This document shows, in pieces, positions 7,548 to 11,998 of a stretch of 11,998 bases of DNA; positions within the stretch are counted from its first letter, which is position 1, and every line of letters begins with the position of its first letter. A program made the translations under genes and the position numbers. The notes under the pieces were generated by a model. It saw only the letters and a program-made list of their open reading frames with translations, searched no databases and was not told the origin of the DNA. The stretch comes from Candidatus Firestoneibacteriota bacterium (GTDB lineage Bacteria; Oederibacteriota; D2-FULL-39-29; JBBTED01), in the NCBI GenBank assembly GCA_038042445.1, contig JBBTED010000141.1, positions 1-11,998 of the forward strand, in the 5' to 3' direction.

Positions 7548-7679
7548 GGACTGGGTCAGTCATCGGCGGAATTTTGTCATCCTGAGGCATCAGCCGAAGG
7601 ATCTCTATTTTAAAAACGAGATTCTTCGCTTTGCTCAGAATGACAGCATAATTCGTAATTCCATTCACTGACTCATTCC
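7548..7679. mobile_element. 132-bp MITE-like element with an 8-bp target-site duplication, carrying a REP doublet
   Basis: TIRs GGACTGGGTCAGT and ACTGACTCATTCC match at 11 of 13 positions. AACATTTT flanks both sides (7540-7547 and 7680-7687). Internal doublet: TGTCATCCTGAGGCATCAGCCGAAGGATCTC (7575-7605) and GAGATTCTTCGCTTTGCTCAGAATGACA (7618-7645). Confidence 0.8.
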
Positions 7680-7698
7680 AACATTTTTCATTTTTTAC

Positions 7699-7727
7699 TT
7701 GCCACAATAGAATAAATATATTAAAAT
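7699..7727 (+). promoter_or_regulatory. Sigma70-type promoter for parAB (probably leaderless)
   Basis: TTGCCA-N17-TAAAAT, ending 8 nt before the parA ATG (7736), with no Shine-Dalgarno sequence. Confidence 0.6.
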
Positions 7728-7735
7728 CTGCAATT

Positions 7736-8497
7736 ATGGCTAAAATTATTGCTATTGCAAATCAGAAAGGTGGAGTTGGAAAAACAACTACTGCTGTAAA
7801 TTTGGCAGCTTGTCTTGCTGCTGCAGAGAAAAAAACATTGCTTATAGATATGGATCCTCAAGGCAATGCTACAAGCGGGCTTGGTGTAAATCCATACAAA
7901 TTAGAAAAAAGCATTTACGATGTTTTGCTTAACAATATGAGTATTATTGATGCAAAGCATTCATCTGAGATACCTTATTTGGATTTAATACCATCTAATA
8001 TTGATTTAACAGGAGCAGAAATAGAGCTTGTTCCACTTATGGCAAGAGAAACTAAATTAAAAGAAAGTTTAAAACAAGTACGTGATACATATTCTTATAT
8101 TTTAATTGATTGTCCACCATCTTTAGGATTACTTACAATTAACACTTTGACAGCATCAGATTCTGTTTTAATTCCAATTCAATGTGAATATTATGCTCTT
8201 GAAGGTGTAGGTAAGTTATTAAATACTATTGATTTGGTTAAACGTAATTTGAATTCTTCTCTTCAAATAGAAGGAGTTGTGTTAACAATGTATGATAGCA
8301 GAACAAGTCTTTCACAACAAGTGGTAAAAGAAATAAAAGAGCATTTCAAAGAAAAGGTATATAATTCAATGATTCCAAGAAATGTTCGGTTAAGCGAATC
8401 TCCAAGTTTTGGAAAACCAATTATTCTATATGATATAAAATGCACAGGTGCAGAAGCATATTTGCAACTTGCAAAGGAGGTAATTGCTCGTGGCTAA
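7736..8497 (+). CDS. parA: Chromosome partitioning ATPase ParA (Soj)
   Basis: Deviant Walker A NQKGGVGKTTT, plus IDMDPQGNAT, IDCPPSLG, PIQCEYYALEG and IPRNVRLSESPSFG. Confidence 0.97.
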   Translation: MAKIIAIANQKGGVGKTTTAVNLAACLAAAEKKTLLIDMDPQGNATSGLGVNPYKLEKSIYDVLLNNMSIIDAKHSSEIPYLDLIPSNIDLTGAEIELVPLMARETKLKESLKQVRDTYSYILIDCPPSLGLLTINTLTASDSVLIPIQCEYYALEGVGKLLNTIDLVKRNLNSSLQIEGVVLTMYDSRTSLSQQVVKEIKEHFKEKVYNSMIPRNVRLSESPSFGKPIILYDIKCTGAEAYLQLAKEVIARG

Positions 8498-9344
8498 ACA
8501 AGCATTAGGTAGAGGTTTAAGTGCATTAATACAGGGATCTAATACAAAAGTTGAAGAAAAAACAGGCATACTCGAAATTCCAATCAATAAGATCAAACAA
8601 AATAAATATCAACCCAGACGAAATTTTGATACTGATAAATTAAAAGAATTAATAAATTCAATTAAAGAAAAAGGTGTTATTCAACCGGTACTTGTTCGTC
8701 ATACAAATAATGATTTTTATGAACTTATTGCAGGTGAGAGAAGATTAAGAGCTGTTCAGGCGCTTGGTTTAAAAGCAATTCCTGCAATAATTAAGGATGC
8801 GAATGATGAAGAATCTTTAGAAATTGCATTAATAGAAAATATAAACAGGGCTGATTTAAATGCTATAGAAGAAGCGCAGGCATATAAGCAATTAATTGAA
8901 GAATTTAAACTTACTCAGGAGGAAATATCAAAAAAAGTAGGAAAAGACAGAGCTACTATTGCAAATATATTACGACTTCTTAAGCTTCCTGCTGAAATTC
9001 AGCAATATGTTTCACGTGGAACAATTGATATGGGACATGCAAGAGCGTTATTAAGTTTAGATACTGAAAAAGAACAAAAAGCCGTAGCTTTCAAAATTAT
9101 AAATAGAAATTTAAATGTCCGTCAGACAGAGCAATTAGTTTCTTCCAGAAAAACTACAACGTCTCATAAAATCCACAGTAAAAAATCTACTACTGCAATA
9201 GAATATAAAGCTCTGGAAGAAGAATTACAACGTCTACTTGGAACAAAAGTCAGACTCTATAACACTAATAAAGGTGGGCATATAGAAATCTCTTATTACT
9301 CAGACGAGGATCTGGAAAGAATTGTAGAACTAATAAAGCATTAA
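8490..9344 (+). CDS. parB: Chromosome partitioning protein ParB (Spo0J)
   Basis: ALGRGLSALI, YQPRRNF, GVIQPVLVR, CTP-binding IAGERRLRA, HTH LTQEEISKKVGKDRATIANILRLL, MGHARALL. GTG 8490 follows AAGGAGG (8474-8480) and overlaps the end of parA. Confidence 0.97.
   Translation: MAKQALGRGLSALIQGSNTKVEEKTGILEIPINKIKQNKYQPRRNFDTDKLKELINSIKEKGVIQPVLVRHTNNDFYELIAGERRLRAVQALGLKAIPAIIKDANDEESLEIALIENINRADLNAIEEAQAYKQLIEEFKLTQEEISKKVGKDRATIANILRLLKLPAEIQQYVSRGTIDMGHARALLSLDTEKEQKAVAFKIINRNLNVRQTEQLVSSRKTTTSHKIHSKKSTTAIEYKALEEELQRLLGTKVRLYNTNKGGHIEISYYSDEDLERIVELIKH
9008..9023. other. Intragenic parS site within parB
   Basis: TGTTTCACGTGGAACA, inside the codons for YVSRGT. Confidence 0.9.
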
Positions 9345-9486
9345 TTTAATCCACATTATAAGGCATTTTCGGTGTTATGCTCCACTTTTTGTATTTTGTA
9401 GTATGATTTTAGGTATAATCAAACCACTTTTTATAAAAACTTTAGTAAAAATTGGGATTATGTTTTTTAATCAATACAAATTATTT

Positions 9487-9609
9487 ATACCACATATTGT
9501 GTATAGTATGTGGATAAACACTATATAAGGAAATACAAGTTAGATTTATGTAATTATTAAAAGCATAATTACTTGTATGCAATAAATTATTGCATACAAC
9601 ATATTGTGG
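9487..9609. promoter_or_regulatory. NrdR-box-like sites (9487-9502, weaker 9518-9533, 9594-9609)
   Basis: ATACCACATATTGTGT and ATACAACATATTGTGG are close to the NrdR consensus acaCwAtATaTwGtgt. ACACTATATAAGGAAA starts 31 bp after the first, the typical tandem spacing. Confidence 0.55.
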
Positions 9610-9613
9610 ATAA
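9509..9613 (-). promoter_or_regulatory. DnaA boxes
   Basis: Perfect TGTGGATAA (reverse complement of TTATCCACA) at 9509-9517 and 9605-9613. One-mismatch boxes at 9347-9355 (TAATCCACA) and 9498-9506 (TGTGTATAG). Confidence 0.6.
9573..9599. promoter_or_regulatory. 27-bp inverted repeat with perfect 13-bp arms, probable operator
   Basis: TTGTATGCAATAA-A-TTATTGCATACAA. Confidence 0.55.
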
Positions 9614-9660
9614 AATTTATATAATTAGAATATTTTAGTTGGGTATGGATGGAGGAAAAT

Positions 9661-11085
9661 ATGCGTAGGAATATAAAAATAATGAACAATTCAACAGTCG
9701 TAAAAATTATTATTGCAACTTTTTTTATTTTTCAAAGGCCTGTTTTTTCTGAAACAAAACCGTCTACAGGAAATGTTTCAAAAAATAATATTGCCAGTTT
9801 TTCTAATCCTTTCGCGTCAACTTCAATATGGAACAAAAAAATATCAGCTAATACCAATTACGTAGATGTTCAAGATGCAATCTGGGGTGATTCCACGCAA
9901 GCGCCAAATACACTATACACAGATTTAGTTGGAGTTTATTATGTTGATAATTCACAGCCATTAGTTAATTTTAGATTGAATCAGGGATGGAATTATCCTG
10001 AAAGATCAAAACCAAGAGGAGAGGTTCTTTTTCAAAAAAAAATAGCTTTAGAAGATGGAACAGAATTTAAAAGCCCAAAAAATGGAAATGGAAATTTTGT
10101 GATAATTGATTTGCAAACAGGTATTGCTGTTGAAGGATCAGCAGGTTGGCGCGAATCAGGTGGAGATTTTTTGATGTTTGAAAACAACGAAAAGTTTAAT
10201 CAAAATATTGATGTTATTAATGGAAATGGTTTAGTTGGAACAGGCGGTTCAGGATTACCAGTGCTTGGAGGGTTGATAACCCAGGGAGAACTGAATTCAG
10301 GGGTAAATCATGCAGTTGCTGTTGCTCTTAGCAGCAGAAGATATTCAAAAGATGTTTTTTATGTATGGCCGGCAACAAGAAACGATAGTTTTGCATCTAA
10401 TTCATTATATGGTTATTTAGGAAATAATTCAAATTATACTATGGGAACGCTTCTCGCAATACCAAATGATTTTAATTTAGATTCTGTTACATGGAAAACT
10501 ATTCAGGGAAAAAATTTAGCAAAAGCTGCACAAACTTATGGATGGTATATAGTTGATTCAGGCACAGGAGAAGCAGGAGGAAATATTATGGCTTTTGGCA
10601 TTGAGCGTAAAGCTGCATCTGTTGATTTAGGGATGATAATTGATTCATAAACAGATAACATAACTGTAGATGCTAACAAAATAAATCTTGAGGGATTTAG
10701 TTCTGATATAGGACAAATATTAAAATTGGTAAAAGCAGTGTCTACAGCAGGTACTAATTCAAAAACAAAAAAAATATTTGCTTTTCCAAATCCAAATAGA
10801 AGCAACAATTCCACAACAATAAGAATGATTTTTACGAGTCCTATTTCAGCAGGACTGATAAAAATTTATACTGTATCCGGAGATTTAGTATTTACTCAAC
10901 GAATAGATACAAACAATTTTAATAGTAATGTTTCAACAAGCGATGATTTTATATATGATTATTTATGGAATTTAAAAAATGCTTCTGGAAATGATGTAGC
11001 AAGTGGTATATATATTTATTTGATTGAAGCTGAAATAGATAATCGCAAAGAAATAAAAACAGGAAAATTAGCAATAATAAGATAA
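9661..11085 (+). pseudogene. Secreted uncharacterised protein with a C-terminal T9SS-type-A/FlgD-like Ig sorting domain, interrupted by an in-frame TAA at 10648-10650
   Basis: Track ORFs 9649-10650 and 10726-11085 are in the same frame, and the gap reads TDNITVDANKINLEGFSSDIGQILK without a stop. There is a signal-peptide-like N-terminus after GGAGG/ATG 9661. The C-terminus reads FAFPNP...IKIYTVSGDLV...WNLKNASGNDVASGIYIYLIEA...KTGKLAIIR. Confidence 0.8.
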
Positions 11086-11100
11086 ATTATTTTTTATAAA

Positions 11101-11125
11101 GTAGCAGTTGGACTACTATCCAACT
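11101..11125. repeat. Single GTAG-preceded hairpin (REP-like or weak terminator)
   Basis: GTAGC-AGTTGGA-CTACTA-TCCAACT, a 7-bp stem followed by an A-run. Confidence 0.4.
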
Positions 11126-11134
11126 AAAAAACAA

Positions 11135-11998
11135 ATGAATATATGGTTGTTTATCTGTGCAATTTTTGTTACAAATATTTGTAGTGGTAATGAAATTAAA
11201 TGGCATCCTGGCCATTATATTTTGGTTGCAGATGATACTTCCCAAAAAAATTTTATCCATCCTAAATTTCTTGGAATTCAAAAACGGTATTACTGGAATA
11301 ATTTAGAACCAAAAAAAGATGTATACGATTTTTCAGAAATAAAATCTGATTTATTCTATTTAGAAAAATATGAAAAACGTTTAGTGGTTCAGATTCAGAC
11401 TAAATCTTTTAAAAAAGATATTACTTATGCTCCAGATTACTTGAGAGGTCCTGAATATGGTGGTGGTATTTTTAAATCAGATACTGGTGCATTTAATCCT
11501 GTATATTGGAATACAGAAGTATCTAAACGTTTGAATGCTTTATATACTAATCTTGGCAGGGAGCTTGATAAAGAACCATATCTTGAAGCAGTTGTATTAC
11601 CTGAAACAGCACTTGGTTATATAGTTCCTAAAATAGGTGTTGAATCTTATAATGTAGATAAATATATTGTGTCGTTAAAAAGCGGAATGAAAGCATTAAA
11701 AGATGCTTTTCCTAATACAGTAGTTATTCAATATACAAATTTTCCATTAGATGATTTAGAAGAACTTACTAATTACGAAAAAGAAATAGGTGTAGGATTA
11801 GGTGGTCCCGATGTAGCACCATATAGTCCTTCACTTACAAATATAAAAAAAGGCATTTATCGTTTTTATCCAAAATTATCTGGCATAATACCACTTGGAG
11901 CAGCTGTTCAATATCCTGATTATACATGGAAAAAAACTGAGAAGACTCCTAAAGAACTACGAGATGATTACATCTGGAAAACAGGTGAAGAAGTTTCT
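11135..11998 (+). CDS. Secreted glycoside hydrolase, clan GH-A-like TIM barrel (GH42-like N-terminus), partial: runs off the window end
   Basis: Not in the ORF track. Open for 288 codons from ATG 11135: MNIWLFICAIFVTNICSGNEIKWHPGHY...GIQKRYYWNNLEPKKDVYDFS...APDYL...YWNTEVSKRLNALYTNLGRELD...LEAVVLPETA...AFPNTVVIQYTNF...GLGGPD. The WxxLEP..YDF pattern and a candidate acid/base Glu in LPET fit clan GH-A. Confidence 0.75.
   Translation, partial: MNIWLFICAIFVTNICSGNEIKWHPGHYILVADDTSQKNFIHPKFLGIQKRYYWNNLEPKKDVYDFSEIKSDLFYLEKYEKRLVVQIQTKSFKKDITYAPDYLRGPEYGGGIFKSDTGAFNPVYWNTEVSKRLNALYTNLGRELDKEPYLEAVVLPETALGYIVPKIGVESYNVDKYIVSLKSGMKALKDAFPNTVVIQYTNFPLDDLEELTNYEKEIGVGLGGPDVAPYSPSLTNIKKGIYRFYPKLSGIIPLGAAVQYPDYTWKKTEKTPKELRDDYIWKTGEEVS

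Noticed and set aside
1339..7645. CRISPR array or integron attC array
   Set aside because: The palindromes belong to different families and are irregularly spaced. There is no repeat-spacer periodicity, no cas or intI gene, and no consistent RYYYAAC/GTTRRRY ends.
7522..7707. Track ORF 7522-7707 (-)
   Set aside because: It is a translation of the MITE/REP (VILSKAKNL...) and parS (VPRGT), not a credible gene.
10648..10650. Stop-codon reassignment or programmed readthrough at the in-frame TAA
   Set aside because: TAA terminates parA, parB and the nuclease at their expected ends, and TAA is not a Sec or Pyl codon. A point mutation or sequencing error is simpler.
4821..11281. Short minus-strand ORFs 4821-5009, 7311-7544, 8263-8445, 10536-10814 and 11087-11281
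   Set aside because: Antisense to well-supported plus-strand genes.

Overview
AT-rich bacterial chromosome segment (standard genetic code: genes end in TAA, TAG and TGA). The core is the conserved mnmG(gidA)-rsmG(gidB)-parA-parB cluster (4825-9344, + strand) with two parS sites. To its left, on the - strand, are a partial secreted beta-helix carbohydrate-active gene that is missing from the ORF track, a LacI-family regulator with a likely autoregulated promoter, and a 218-bp histidine kinase remnant that has lost most of its middle. On the + strand there is also a two-domain DUF559/Vsr-like nuclease with a possible PUA-like reader domain. To the right are an AT-rich intergenic region with DnaA boxes and NrdR-like boxes, a secreted protein with a C-terminal T9SS/FlgD-like sorting domain interrupted by one in-frame TAA, and a partial clan GH-A-like glycoside hydrolase. 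The intergenic DNA is full of REP-like palindromes from several families. These include a 132-bp MITE-like element with an 8-bp target duplication overlapping parS, a three-layer nested insertion, and an 84-bp direct repeat bracketing the LacI/kinase-remnant segment. All family calls come from motif recognition by eye, not from database searches.
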